Counted from the stretch's first letter, positions 29,477-40,690 are shown. The stretch: DNA of 64,000 bases from Patescibacteria group bacterium (GCA_040384445.1 JAZKJG010000001.1:249483-313482); one strand, 5' to 3'. Translations and numbers: made by a program. Notes: generated from the sequence alone by a model not told the origin.

Positions 29477-30385
29477 TTATAGTGTTTCGATCGCAGCCAA
29501 TGCTTTCTTGATCACAGGTATCATATCTTCGTACAAATTCAGATCAAGCACTGCATCAATTTTAAACCAAGCTGCATCTTTTAATCCTCCTTCTTTTTTT
29601 GCTGTTAATGGAGTAAACTTTGCTTCGGCAATAATATACTCTACTTGCTTACGAACTTTCTTAAACTCAGGATGCGATGCAATGTATTCACTCGTATCGA
29701 TAGTTTGTTTATATTCACAAGCAATTCCCAACTCTTCCTGTACTTTTCTTTTGGCCGCATCAATAAGAGTTTCATCTTCTAGAAACTTTCCTTTTGACAA
29801 TGTCCAGAATCCAAACACATCGTGCACAAGAGCAAGATATGTATCACCCTCATGTCGGGCATATACAATACTTCCCACAAGTTTCTGGACTGGTAGTGCC
29901 GCTTTTTCTTCTTCAGTCAGTTCTTTTCGAACTTTTGGTTCTTTCTTAGTTTTTGGTTCTTCAGCACCATATAGATCTCTATACACTGCCCCAAGAACTC
30001 CGTTTACAAATTTTCCAGATGTTTCTCCTGAGAAAAACTTAGCGACTTCAATTGCTTCGTTGATTGCTACTTTTGCCGGAACTTCTTTTTTATCAGCATA
30101 AATAAGCTCATAGAGTCCGAGTCGTAGAACATTTCTATCAACTGTTCCAATCTTTTCAAGAGGCCATTCTGGTGCTGCCTTTACTATAATTGCATCAATT
30201 TCTTTTTGCTTTTTCAAAATACCATCAAGAAGCGCCTTCGCATATGTAAGATCAACATCATCTTGTGAAAACTCCTGAACATTATGTACAAGAACTTCCT
30301 CAAATAAGTTAGGGTCAATACCACGAAAATCTATCTCATACAGAGATTGTAGTGCTATTGTTCGGGATTGATGTCGACTTGCCAT
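29477..30385 (-). CDS. nusB: NusB fused to C-terminal NUDIX-like domain
   Basis: DRNVLR, AINEAIEVAK, FVNGVLG; then KGKFLEDETLIDAAKRKVQEELGI. Confidence 0.92.
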   Translation of the reverse strand: MASRHQSRTIALQSLYEIDFRGIDPNLFEEVLVHNVQEFSQDDVDLTYAKALLDGILKKQKEIDAIIVKAAPEWPLEKIGTVDRNVLRLGLYELIYADKKEVPAKVAINEAIEVAKFFSGETSGKFVNGVLGAVYRDLYGAEEPKTKKEPKVRKELTEEEKAALPVQKLVGSIVYARHEGDTYLALVHDVFGFWTLSKGKFLEDETLIDAAKRKVQEELGIACEYKQTIDTSEYIASHPEFKKVRKQVEYIIAEAKFTPLTAKKEGGLKDAAWFKIDAVLDLNLYEDMIPVIKKALAAIETL

Positions 30386-30432
30386 GGTTTTTTGTTTGTT
30401 TAAATGAACTTTGACCGATGCTGCGTATAATA

Positions 30433-30651
30433 TTACGCTTTAACTGCTTGAGATTTTGCAGCTTTTTTATCGATTTTAGCAGCCATATCAATAACCATAC
30501 GTCCTTTAAAGTGACCGCAATTCTTGCATACTGTATGTTTTAGACCTGGTTGACCACAGTTTGTACAAAGTGTTAAATCTACCGCCTTAAGAGCATGGTG
30601 ACTTCTTCGGTTACCAGTATGCCCTCGCGTGTGTCGCATGTTATTTACCAT
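30433..30651 (-). CDS. rpmF: 50S ribosomal protein L32
   Basis: RRSHHAL, CTNCG...HTVCKNCGHFKG. Confidence 0.95.
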   Translation of the reverse strand: MVNNMRHTRGHTGNRRSHHALKAVDLTLCTNCGQPGLKHTVCKNCGHFKGRMVIDMAAKIDKKAAKSQAVKA

Positions 30652-30807
30652 AATACTATGAGTATACGTATTTTCAGGCGGATTGCAAGGGATTATAGTG
30701 TGATTATTGGGGATTTTGTGGATTATTGTGTTTTAAGGGTATTTATGGTATAATAATGGCTATGGTCTTACGTTAGACTAAACCCTCTACCCCATCCTGA
30801 CCTTTAT

Positions 30808-31185
30808 ATGCAACTAGCACCCTGGATCAAATTCGTCATTCTCTTACTGTTTGTCGGAGTACTTGGTTACAACCGAATCGTTTACCGACAACTTGCAGAA
30901 AACGAGAAACCTCATCCTACCCCAACAATCAAGCTCGATATTATTCCACTCAGTAAACTCCCTCCGGGACAATACAGAGTACTCGAGAAAATTTCGAGAG
31001 TGCCAACCAAGAAATACTCCAAGATGGACTGGCTGACCATCAAAGTACAGGACATCACTGAATCTTTTCCACACACTACACACGTGGTGCAAATGATGCA
31101 GCTCGGCAATGAAGATGATGCACACCTCGTAAACTCAACGTTCATCAAAAACGTCGATGGATCAACATTCCAAGCAATGAAGTAA
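30808..31185 (+). CDS. Orphan membrane-anchored protein (cassette)
   Basis: N-terminal TM; TATAAT at ~30748; terminator ~31199-31232. Confidence 0.65.
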   Translation: MQLAPWIKFVILLLFVGVLGYNRIVYRQLAENEKPHPTPTIKLDIIPLSKLPPGQYRVLEKISRVPTKKYSKMDWLTIKVQDITESFPHTTHVVQMMQLGNEDDAHLVNSTFIKNVDGSTFQAMK

Positions 31186-31281
31186 GCCACTCAAACCTCC
31201 CCTCGGACCCACAAAGTCTGAGGGGATTTTTTAATATAAAAACACTCGAGGTAACCGAAGTTACCTCGAGTGGTGTGGGTG

Positions 31282-31803
31282 TTAAGGGGTATTGATTAAG
31301 AAAGAATGGACAGCTTCATATTGAGCTTTCTTCAACAGTTCTGATTGTTCAATCTCAATTTTCTTTTTCTTTGCTTGTTCGACTGCTTTTTTAATATTCT
31401 CAACACAATCCTGTAAACCAAATTCGGCACTCCGAATATCAAAAATAAAATCAATCATCTCTTTTTTTCGAGGCACATCATCCTCGATAGTAATAGTATC
31501 GATCTTCAGTTCATATCCTCCAGGAATACAACGAATCCAGATTTGCTTCCCCTTAATGATCCCAGAGTGTGTTAAGGACTCTTTATCATAACTGAGTGAC
31601 ATCACCTCTTGAATTTCCCTCGGGTTCGCACCAAGGTCCTGGAGAATCTGTCTGTTCATCTTTATTGCCAAGTCCGTTTCCTTTTCAATTACCTGGGCTA
31701 CCTCAACTTCATCCAGTAGATCCATAATCGCCTGACCTCCGTAGGTTCTAAAAGCAGGTACAGGCTTTTCCTTCTTCTTAAACAGTTTTCTAAAAAATTT
31801 CAT
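31282..31803 (-). CDS. Orphan protein (cassette)
   Basis: 173 aa from MKFFRKLF; hairpin cactcgaggtaac/gttacctcgagtg downstream. Confidence 0.65.
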   Translation of the reverse strand: MKFFRKLFKKKEKPVPAFRTYGGQAIMDLLDEVEVAQVIEKETDLAIKMNRQILQDLGANPREIQEVMSLSYDKESLTHSGIIKGKQIWIRCIPGGYELKIDTITIEDDVPRKKEMIDFIFDIRSAEFGLQDCVENIKKAVEQAKKKKIEIEQSELLKKAQYEAVHSFLINTP

Positions 31804-31947
31804 AAAGTGCAATGGTTGAATTAACCTCAAAGCAACGTGCTTCACTGAGAGAATACTATACCCCACTACATTTGACAACACTTACTTTGGGTGTATAAAT
31901 AACTCACGACACAACGTAGTGTTAAAATTCCAACTCTCATTACCGCC

Positions 31948-32262
31948 ATGAACATTCAACTTTTCTTTAAGGAACATCCGGTTTATTTCACGATTATTCT
32001 CTGCCATTTTTTAGTGGGGATGTTTAGCTACTGGAGCAAACTTCTCAAGCATGAATATAGTGGATTAAAAAAATTCATTGCAAAGAAACATGCAGTTCAT
32101 GCTATCACTTTTGAAATCATGCTTGAACTCGTAGGGGTTTCGCTTTTAGCTGGAATCGCTGGGTTTTTAACTGTGCCGTATTTAATCATTGAACATTACC
32201 GCGCAACACTTCCACAACCCCAAGCTTCAAGTCTCCAAAAACCTGAGCTCACAACACCCTAA
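31948..32262 (+). CDS. Orphan two-TM protein (cassette)
   Basis: TTGACA 31873; terminator cacctcccgga/tccgggaggtg. Confidence 0.65.
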   Translation: MNIQLFFKEHPVYFTIILCHFLVGMFSYWSKLLKHEYSGLKKFIAKKHAVHAITFEIMLELVGVSLLAGIAGFLTVPYLIIEHYRATLPQPQASSLQKPELTTP

Positions 32263-32358
32263 CCACCACCTCCCGGACCCCAATCCGGGAGGTGTTTTCA
32301 TAACATATCACCGTACTTTACAACTATTCACAATCTCTACATATCGTATAATACTCCT

Positions 32359-35300
32359 ATGTCTTTTACTCATCTCCATGTACATAGTCATTACAGCCTT
32401 CTTCAAGCTGTACCTAAAATTGATGAGCTTGTAAAGAAAACAAAAGAGTTTGGTATGACTTCCCTTGCGCTTACAGACAACGGTAATCTGTACGGTGCAA
32501 TTGAATTTTATAAAGAATGTACAGCAAAAGGAATTAAACCTATTATTGGTGTAGATTTTTATGTTGCAGCTCGAACACGTTTTGATAAAGAGGGGCGACT
32601 CGATACAAAAAGAACACGACATGTGTTGCTGGCAAAAAACTATGAAGGATATCTCAATCTTATAAAGCTTGTTACTGATTCAAATCTTGAAGGATATTAT
32701 TATAAACCTAGAATTGATGCAGAATTGATTGAAAAATATCATACTGATCTTATTTGTATATTACCTTTTTGGTCAAGTGCAGTTTCTGAAGCATTAAAAG
32801 TTGATGACGAAACTGTTGCACATCAAGAGTATGAGAAGTTAAAAAAGATCTACGGTGACGATAATATTTTTTATGAAATCACTCGTCACGAAGAATTGCA
32901 TGGTCACGATAAGTTAGAGGAGCGTGTTCTTGCATTTATAAAAAAATATAATGTAAAACCGGTTGCAACAAACGATGTCTTCTACATGAATCCGGAAGAT
33001 AAGAAAGCGAGGACAACTATGATGATGATTCAAAGTAGCGGTGAGCGCGTGATCGAAGATGATGCTGACCTCTCTTTTGCATCACCAGACCGGATGGAAG
33101 AATTATTTGCAGATGAACATAATCCAGAAAGAAATGCAGTATTTAAAGAGGCACTTAAGAATGCTGAAGTGATTTCTGATGCATGTAATGTGGAAATCGA
33201 ACTTGGAAAATGGGTGTTTCCTAAAATGGATTTACCAGAAGGAAAAGATGCAAACGAAGCACTTCGAGATGTCGTATATGAAGGATTTGCAAAACGTGGA
33301 GTAGAAAAAACAGAAGCAGTTCTTAAACGTGTTGAGTACGAACTAGAAGTTATTAAAAATAAAGGATACTCCCCTTACTTCCTCATCGTGTCTGACCTAC
33401 TTGCATATGCAAAAGCTCATGAGATTCTTTCAAACATTCGAGGATCTGTTTCTGGATCTATGGTGACATTCTTGTCTGGTATTACAAACATTGACCCACT
33501 CGAGTTTCAGATTCCTTTTGAACGATTCCTAAACCCAGAACGTCCATCTGCTCCGGACATCGACATGGACTACGCTGATGATAGACGAGATGAGATTATT
33601 GATTATGCTCGTTTTAAATATGGAGCTGACAAGGTGGCGCAGATTGGAACATTCGGAACTATGGCAGCAAAGGGTTCTATTAAAGATGTAACGCGAGCTA
33701 TGGGATTTCCATATACTCTCGGTGATCAGATTTCAAAACTTGTTCCGCTTGGATCACAAGGTTTTTTAATGACGATCGAACATGCGCTTGAAATCACAGA
33801 AGAATTAAAAACATTGTACGATACAAATCCAGATGTCCGAACAATTATAGACATGGCGAAGAAAGTTGAAGGGTGTGCGAGACATATCGGAGTGCATGCG
33901 GCCGGTGTGGTTATTTCCCCTACCGCCTTAACCGACTTTACCCCACTCCAGTATGATACAAAAGGTGAACAGAAAATTATTAGTCAGTATGACATGTACT
34001 CTATTGAAGAAGCAGGGCTTTTAAAGTTTGACTTCTTGGGACTCAAAAACTTAAAAATTATTTACGAGGCAAAAAAACTTGTACGGAATCGTTTCGGAAT
34101 TGACATTGATATTGACAACTTACGAATGGACGACAAAAAAACATTTGAAATGCTTGCGAGGGGTGAGACACAAGATTTATTTCAGTTGAACGGTGACGGA
34201 ATGACAAAATATTTGGTTGACCTTAAGCCAACAACCATTCACGATATCAATGCGATGGTGGCTTTGTATCGACCTGGACCTATTCAGTTTATTCCCATGT
34301 ATATTGAACGAAAGCATAATCCAACTCTTGTAACATACATGGACCCGATGCTTGAAGATATTCTTGAAAAAACATATGGAGTTCTTGTGTACCAAGATGA
34401 CCTTCTGATGATGGCACATAAGATTGCTGGATATTCTTGGGGAGAAGTAGATAAATTCCGAAAAGCTGTAGGTAAAAAAATCCCAGAAGAAATGGCCGCC
34501 CAAAAAGATAAGTTCATCAAAGGATGTGTTACTCATAGTAAGTGGACAGAAAAAAAGGCGTCAGATGTATGGAAATGGATTGAACCGTTTGCTGCGTACG
34601 GATTTAACAAAGCTCACTCAGTGTCATATGGACGAGTGGCATACGTAACGGCATTTCTAAAAGCAAACTATCCAACAGAATACATGACAGCGGTTTTGAC
34701 TGCAGAGTCTGGAGACCTAGAAGGAGTAGCTGTATCCATTAAAGAGTGTAGACGAATGGGTATTACTATTTTACCTTCAAGTATTAATGAAAGTTTTGGA
34801 ACATTTACCGTAATTCCCGAATACAATACAGAAACAGGAAAAGATGCGATTCGGTTTGGACTCTTCAGTATTAAAAACCTTGGTGAAGGTATTGCACAAA
34901 GTATTATTGAAAACAGAACTACACATGGAGATTTTACGAGTATTGAAAATTTCTTAGAAAGAATTCAAGATAGAAACTTAAACAGAAAATCTCTTGAAGC
35001 ATTAATCAAAGCTGGAGCCATGGATGATCTTGGTGATCGAATTGAATTGCTTGATGGACTTGAAAAATATTTGGAGTACAACAAATCAAATGCAAAAATG
35101 GATAGTTCTCAAACAAGTTTGTTTGATTTATTTGCCGCACCTGTTGAAGAAGTTGAAGTTATTAAAGGAAAGATTTTACAGAGACCTGAGACATTACAAC
35201 AACGACTTGTGTGGGAGAAAGAACTTCTTGGATTTTACATTTCTGGTCACCCACTTGATAAGTATAAATCTGTGTTTGAAAAACGAGATATTGATGTGCT

Positions 35301-35580
35301 TAAAGTTATAGCCACTGGAGTGAACGAAAAAATGTACATCCTTGGAGGAATTGTTGAAAAAGTAAAAGAAATTCCAACAAAGAAAGATCCGATGAAAAAG
35401 ATTATGTTTTTCACACTGAAGGATTTATCTGGAGAGATTGAGTGTGTGGTGTTTCCGAAGCAAATTGACCTTGCACGAAAAGTGATTATAGAAGAGTCGT
35501 GTATTGTGTTTAAAGGAAAGTTTTCAGAGCATGAGGATAAGAAGAGTTTGGTGTTTGAGAGCGCACAGAAGTTAAACTAA
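32359..35580 (+). CDS. dnaE: DNA polymerase III alpha subunit
   Basis: HLHVHSHYS PHP domain, PDIDMD, GVHAAG, YGFNKAH; no intein. Confidence 0.98.
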   Translation: MSFTHLHVHSHYSLLQAVPKIDELVKKTKEFGMTSLALTDNGNLYGAIEFYKECTAKGIKPIIGVDFYVAARTRFDKEGRLDTKRTRHVLLAKNYEGYLNLIKLVTDSNLEGYYYKPRIDAELIEKYHTDLICILPFWSSAVSEALKVDDETVAHQEYEKLKKIYGDDNIFYEITRHEELHGHDKLEERVLAFIKKYNVKPVATNDVFYMNPEDKKARTTMMMIQSSGERVIEDDADLSFASPDRMEELFADEHNPERNAVFKEALKNAEVISDACNVEIELGKWVFPKMDLPEGKDANEALRDVVYEGFAKRGVEKTEAVLKRVEYELEVIKNKGYSPYFLIVSDLLAYAKAHEILSNIRGSVSGSMVTFLSGITNIDPLEFQIPFERFLNPERPSAPDIDMDYADDRRDEIIDYARFKYGADKVAQIGTFGTMAAKGSIKDVTRAMGFPYTLGDQISKLVPLGSQGFLMTIEHALEITEELKTLYDTNPDVRTIIDMAKKVEGCARHIGVHAAGVVISPTALTDFTPLQYDTKGEQKIISQYDMYSIEEAGLLKFDFLGLKNLKIIYEAKKLVRNRFGIDIDIDNLRMDDKKTFEMLARGETQDLFQLNGDGMTKYLVDLKPTTIHDINAMVALYRPGPIQFIPMYIERKHNPTLVTYMDPMLEDILEKTYGVLVYQDDLLMMAHKIAGYSWGEVDKFRKAVGKKIPEEMAAQKDKFIKGCVTHSKWTEKKASDVWKWIEPFAAYGFNKAHSVSYGRVAYVTAFLKANYPTEYMTAVLTAESGDLEGVAVSIKECRRMGITILPSSINESFGTFTVIPEYNTETGKDAIRFGLFSIKNLGEGIAQSIIENRTTHGDFTSIENFLERIQDRNLNRKSLEALIKAGAMDDLGDRIELLDGLEKYLEYNKSNAKMDSSQTSLFDLFAAPVEEVEVIKGKILQRPETLQQRLVWEKELLGFYISGHPLDKYKSVFEKRDIDVLKVIATGVNEKMYILGGIVEKVKEIPTKKDPMKKIMFFTLKDLSGEIECVVFPKQIDLARKVIIEESCIVFKGKFSEHEDKKSLVFESAQKLN

Positions 35581-35633
35581 AAAGAAAAAACCCTATACTC
35601 GCCGACTGGTATAGGGTTTTTTCTTTTTAGTTT
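35574..35633. terminator. Long perfect hairpin (25-bp arms) after dnaE
   Basis: 35574-98 pairs with 35609-33; loop resembles the 18065 core. Confidence 0.85.
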
Positions 35634-35649
35634 TCATGATAGAGTATCA

Positions 35650-35737
35650 AAGCCTCCCCACCTTTTAAATCGAGAGATCACCTTGAACGAGTTCCCTAAC
35701 TATAAGGGTAAGTGTTCCAGGAAGTGTGTGGAGGTTT
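35650..35737 (+). ncRNA. Candidate small RNA, long irregular hairpin with 23S helix-69-like apex
   Basis: TGa-TAGAGT upstream; aagcctcc/ggaggttt, ccttgaac/gttccagg, CCC-TAACTATAA-GGG. Confidence 0.35.
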
Positions 35738-35758
35738 ATTATTTGCTATAATACTGTA

Positions 35759-35833
35759 CGTACGAGGGTAGCTTTGGTAGGCTGCTACTCTACAGGTGGT
35801 CCTGCACGCGTATGCGTGGGGACCACTTTTTTA
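35759..35833 (+). ncRNA. Candidate small two-hairpin RNA
   Basis: TGcTATAAT at 35744-52, hairpin 35765-91, terminator 35796-35826 plus T tract, no ORF. Confidence 0.4.
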
Positions 35834-36115
35834 TTTCTTTTTCTTAAGAACAGTTGCTGCAACAAGTGTAATCACAGTCAGACACACTGCATACAATATC
35901 ATTCCTAATGAAGTATCGATCGGAGTTAAATATTCGTGAAAAACATGCTTCATCCCTTCATCCCAGGCCAGTGCGGTAATAAGTGCCAAGCCTGTAAGGA
36001 GGATGAATTTAAATTTTTCAAACAACGTATAGTGTAGTTTATAGATTCCATATTTTTCAATAAAATCTTCAGCAGTAGTTGTAATTTCTTCTTCTCTTTT
36101 TATATTTGGTTCCAT
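35831..36115 (-). CDS. DUF5654-like small membrane protein
   Basis: GLALITALAWDEG motif, two TMs. Confidence 0.7.
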   Translation of the reverse strand: MEPNIKREEEITTTAEDFIEKYGIYKLHYTLFEKFKFILLTGLALITALAWDEGMKHVFHEYLTPIDTSLGMILYAVCLTVITLVAATVLKKKK

Positions 36116-36128
36116 AAAAAATATTATA

Positions 36129-37400
<1,272 letters not shown>

Positions 37401-37468
37401 TTATCATGCATGGACGATCTTTTTTGTCTTCAAACCAACTCAACCACCTTTCACCCTAATTTTAAATT

Positions 37469-37636
37469 ATGAGCAACGAGGTCATATCAAGACTAACAGG
37501 AGATACTGACTGCATCGACCCTGGAGACATGGAGAATTCACTTCTTCCATGTCAACGTCGTCCAGCACCACATAGAACTCTGGAATTCGAACTTCAAGAA
37601 GCAGCCAAAGGAACAGAGATTGTTCTCATCTCCTAA
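37469..37636 (+). CDS. Small orphan protein (55 aa, cassette)
   Basis: Hand-translated MSNEVISRLT...EIVLIS; upstream TATTAT, pyrimidine leader, terminator follows. Confidence 0.45.
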   Translation: MSNEVISRLTGDTDCIDPGDMENSLLPCQRRPAPHRTLEFELQEAAKGTEIVLIS

Positions 37637-37644
37637 TCCTGACC

Positions 37645-37687
37645 AACTCAAAAGACCCGCAGCTCATCGCTCCGGGTCTTTCTTTAT
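37645..37687 (+). repeat. 43-bp exact direct repeat copy 1 (terminator hairpin)
   Basis: aactcaaaagacccgcagctcatcgctccgggtctttctttat = 38330-38372. Confidence 0.97.
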
Positions 37688-37742
37688 ATATGCAAAATCC
37701 TCACTGCCCATATTTTGACGCAGTGAGGATATTTTTTCCACT

Positions 37743-38261
37743 TCAGATATCAGACACAAGAAACACCATTGAATTTTGTTTCAACTCTTCTTCTGGTGAA
37801 AATGGTTTTACTTGCAAAAATCCAGTAAAGAGTCCATCCCACTCCAAAGTAAAGTTTTCATCTTGAATTTTTCCAAAAGTAAAAATATGATTCAATAAAA
37901 TTTCCCTAGTTTCTTCAGGATATGCAACCAGGAGCCGAACAAATTCCAAAGGTGTTCCGAGTCTTATAGTTGGTAAATCGTTTTTAATACTCACATCAGA
38001 TATGTGCCCTATAGGCTCCCAAGTGTGTACTGTCGCCGTGTGGGCCTGAAAAGACGTGGGTGAATCTGGCTCATTTCGGACTGCATTTATAAACCGTTCT
38101 TCATAACAATCCAGAAGACATACACTACCACTGTGATAAAGACTTACCCTACTCGGTATAACAAAAAGCGTTTTTAAAGCTTCTTGGGTGAATGACGAAT
38201 TGAAACCAGCAACCTGAGGCGGAACAATAAGAGGGCTTGAAATAACATCTGTAAAGATCAT
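37743..38261 (-). CDS. Orphan protein in repeat-flanked cassette
   Basis: 172 aa from MIFTDV; own TTGACT/GATACT promoter and hairpin 37694-37735. Confidence 0.6.
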   Translation of the reverse strand: MIFTDVISSPLIVPPQVAGFNSSFTQEALKTLFVIPSRVSLYHSGSVCLLDCYEERFINAVRNEPDSPTSFQAHTATVHTWEPIGHISDVSIKNDLPTIRLGTPLEFVRLLVAYPEETREILLNHIFTFGKIQDENFTLEWDGLFTGFLQVKPFSPEEELKQNSMVFLVSDI

Positions 38262-38329
38262 AATATAAGGAAGGTGAATTGTTGTAACTCTACACAAGAG
38301 AGTATCACCACTTATAATATTAAGTCAAT

Positions 38330-38372
38330 AACTCAAAAGACCCGCAGCTCATCGCTCCGGGTCTTTCTTTAT
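38330..38372 (+). repeat. 43-bp exact direct repeat copy 2
   Basis: Identical to 37645-37687. Confidence 0.97.
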
Positions 38373-38382
38373 TCTGTATTTC

Positions 38383-38808
38383 TTACTTCGCTACAACCGT
38401 AATCTTAATCTCCTTCGTCACATCCTTTACAGTAACTGAAACTGTATGCTCTCCAACTTCTTTAATAGGAGTTGAGATTGTTATATACATTGGATCTACT
38501 CCAATAACTGTACCAACTTCTTCTTTGTGCACTGATGCAAAAAGATGCCCTTGTTCGTTAGCCTTAGCTTCGATAGTAAATTCTTTTTGAGCAATTGATC
38601 CAAGCTCTTTTACAAGCTCTTCTTCTCGTAGAAGTCGTGCAGCAGACTCTACTTCTTTTAGTTTTGTATATTTCTCAACTGTCTTTGCAGTAGCAATCTC
38701 AGCTACTCGTGTTGGAATAAGACTGTTAAGTGCATATCCGTCGGCAACAGTAACAACCTCATATTTTTTTCCCACTTTGTGCAGGTCTTTAAGAAGAATG
38801 ATTTTCAT
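38383..38808 (-). CDS. rplI: 50S ribosomal protein L9
   Basis: MKIILLKD..KVGK....V.V.DGYA.N.LIP, GHLFASV, PIKEVGEH. Confidence 0.93.
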   Translation of the reverse strand: MKIILLKDLHKVGKKYEVVTVADGYALNSLIPTRVAEIATAKTVEKYTKLKEVESAARLLREEELVKELGSIAQKEFTIEAKANEQGHLFASVHKEEVGTVIGVDPMYITISTPIKEVGEHTVSVTVKDVTKEIKITVVAK

Positions 38809-38824
38809 AGATGTCCAGTATACA

Positions 38825-40093
38825 CTATTTAGCCAATATTTCAACTGCTTTCTTCTGCTGTGAGTCATTCTGCTTCTTAGCATCTTCTTCCGTGATTTTC
38901 ACTTCTATATCAGGAGTAAGACCATTTACAGAAATAGAACGACCTTCTGGAGTCAGCCATCGTGCAATAGTTACCTTAAGACCAGTTGTTGGAGTTACCT
39001 TGATATATTCCTGTACAGATCCTTTTCCAAATGTTTTCTGACCTACAAGTGTTGCAAGCTTGTAATCCTGAAGTGCACCTGCCAAAATTTCAGATGCTGA
39101 TGCAGAACCTCCATCAATAAGCACAACCACCTTCACATCTGACCCAATAGTTCCATATCCTAGACTTCGCATATATTCTGTCTCTTTCTTTTTTCCATAA
39201 TCCTGACTCACGATAATTTTTCCTTGTGGAATAAAATGACTTGCAATATCAACAGCAGAATCTAAATATCCTCCTGGATTTCCTCGTAAATCAATAATCA
39301 ACTTTTTAGCACCTGCTGCTTTAAACTCTTTCAGAGCTTGAGTAAACATACTTGCCACCTGTTCTGAGAATGAATGAATCTTTATAGTATACACTCCAGT
39401 TGCTTGATCAAAGTTTTTTGTAATTGTTGGAAGTTCAATTGTGTCTCGAAGTACCTTGATCTCTAGAGGCTGATCAATCCCTTCTCTATATATCGTAAGT
39501 GCAACCTCTGTACCTTTTTTACCTCGGATCAGATTTACCGCAGCATCAATAGCCATATCTGTTGTAATTGTTTTATCAATTTTCAAAATCTTATCCCCTG
39601 ACTTTAGGCCAGCTTTCTCAGCAGGACTTCCAGGAAGAGGAGAAATAATTGTAATTATTCCATCCTTCTTTCCAACCTCCATTCCCACACCCTCAAAACT
39701 ACCTTTGATCTCACTTTCAAACGAGCTCGCCTCAGTTGGCACAAAGAATGTTGTATATGGATCCCCTTCAGCATCTACCATACCTTTAATTGCCCCATAT
39801 AATCTTCTCTCTGCAACAGACAAAGAGTCAGATGAAGTTGTGGCTGTACTTGTTGAACCTCTATCATCATCAGAACTAAACGGATCTCTGTGAGATGTTG
39901 TTACGAATTCATTGTCTAATATTTCCCAGACTTTTGTGAATGTCTTTGTGTCAAAGCCCTCTGGGGTGTTTCTTGAAGCAGAGTTAGCAGCAATTGCTGG
40001 TGAAAAATTACCAATCAGAAAACCACCAAGAAATATCAACCCTACAATCAATATTTTTTCTAAATTCTTTGTTTTACTAGGTGTTGTTTCCAT
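38825..40093 (-). CDS. S41 C-terminal processing protease (PDZ)
   Basis: DPYT, DLRGNPGG, SASASEI, TFGKGSVQ. Confidence 0.95.
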   Translation of the reverse strand: METTPSKTKNLEKILIVGLIFLGGFLIGNFSPAIAANSASRNTPEGFDTKTFTKVWEILDNEFVTTSHRDPFSSDDDRGSTSTATTSSDSLSVAERRLYGAIKGMVDAEGDPYTTFFVPTEASSFESEIKGSFEGVGMEVGKKDGIITIISPLPGSPAEKAGLKSGDKILKIDKTITTDMAIDAAVNLIRGKKGTEVALTIYREGIDQPLEIKVLRDTIELPTITKNFDQATGVYTIKIHSFSEQVASMFTQALKEFKAAGAKKLIIDLRGNPGGYLDSAVDIASHFIPQGKIIVSQDYGKKKETEYMRSLGYGTIGSDVKVVVLIDGGSASASEILAGALQDYKLATLVGQKTFGKGSVQEYIKVTPTTGLKVTIARWLTPEGRSISVNGLTPDIEVKITEEDAKKQNDSQQKKAVEILAK

Positions 40094-40153
40094 ATATATT
40101 CAAGTATACCTTATGTTAAAAAATATGCTATACTACCTTTGTAACTATTACAT

Positions 40154-40690
40154 ATGGCACAATATACACCACGTCCAACAACACCTAGAACAAATATTAA
40201 CTATCATATTCGGGCGCCCGAATTGCGACTTATTGATGAAAATGGAGAAAACATTGGCGTTGTAAGTAACGCAGAAGCTCAGAAGTTGGCTCAAACAGCA
40301 GGACTTGACCTTATTGAGATATCCCCAAATGCTAACCCTCCGGTTGCAAAAATCATGGATTATGGTAGATTTCAATATGACGAGAACAAAAAGCAGAAAG
40401 CCTCAAAAGCTACTGCAAAAGTTGTCGAAGTGAAAAATATTCAGGTAAAGATTGGTACAGGTGAAGCAGACCTTGCCCTTAAGGCAAAAAAAGCTTCAGA
40501 ATGGCTCGCAGATGGTCAGCAGGTACGAGTAGAATTATTCGTGTCAGGACGATCAAAGTTTTTAAAGGATGACTTTTTAAATGAGAGACTACAACGGTAC
40601 CTTAATCTTATCTCTGTTGATTTCAAGATCACAGTACCTCTTAAGCGAGGACCTAAAGGACCAGCACTTGTTATTGAAAAAAAGAAGTAG
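40154..40690 (+). CDS. infC: Translation initiation factor IF-3
   Basis: IN..IRAPELRLID, DLIEISP.A.PPVAKIMDYG. Confidence 0.96.
   Translation: MAQYTPRPTTPRTNINYHIRAPELRLIDENGENIGVVSNAEAQKLAQTAGLDLIEISPNANPPVAKIMDYGRFQYDENKKQKASKATAKVVEVKNIQVKIGTGEADLALKAKKASEWLADGQQVRVELFVSGRSKFLKDDFLNERLQRYLNLISVDFKITVPLKRGPKGPALVIEKKK

Noticed and set aside
29382-30101. 239-aa plus-strand ORF and similar long antisense ORFs (e.g. 6743-7387, 16993-17445)
   Set aside because: They overlap well-identified genes on the opposite strand and show no motifs
35760-35826. SRP RNA on minus strand (CAGG...AGCAGCC)
   Set aside because: Lacks the GNRA-capped helix between the motifs, and the promoter/terminator point to the plus strand
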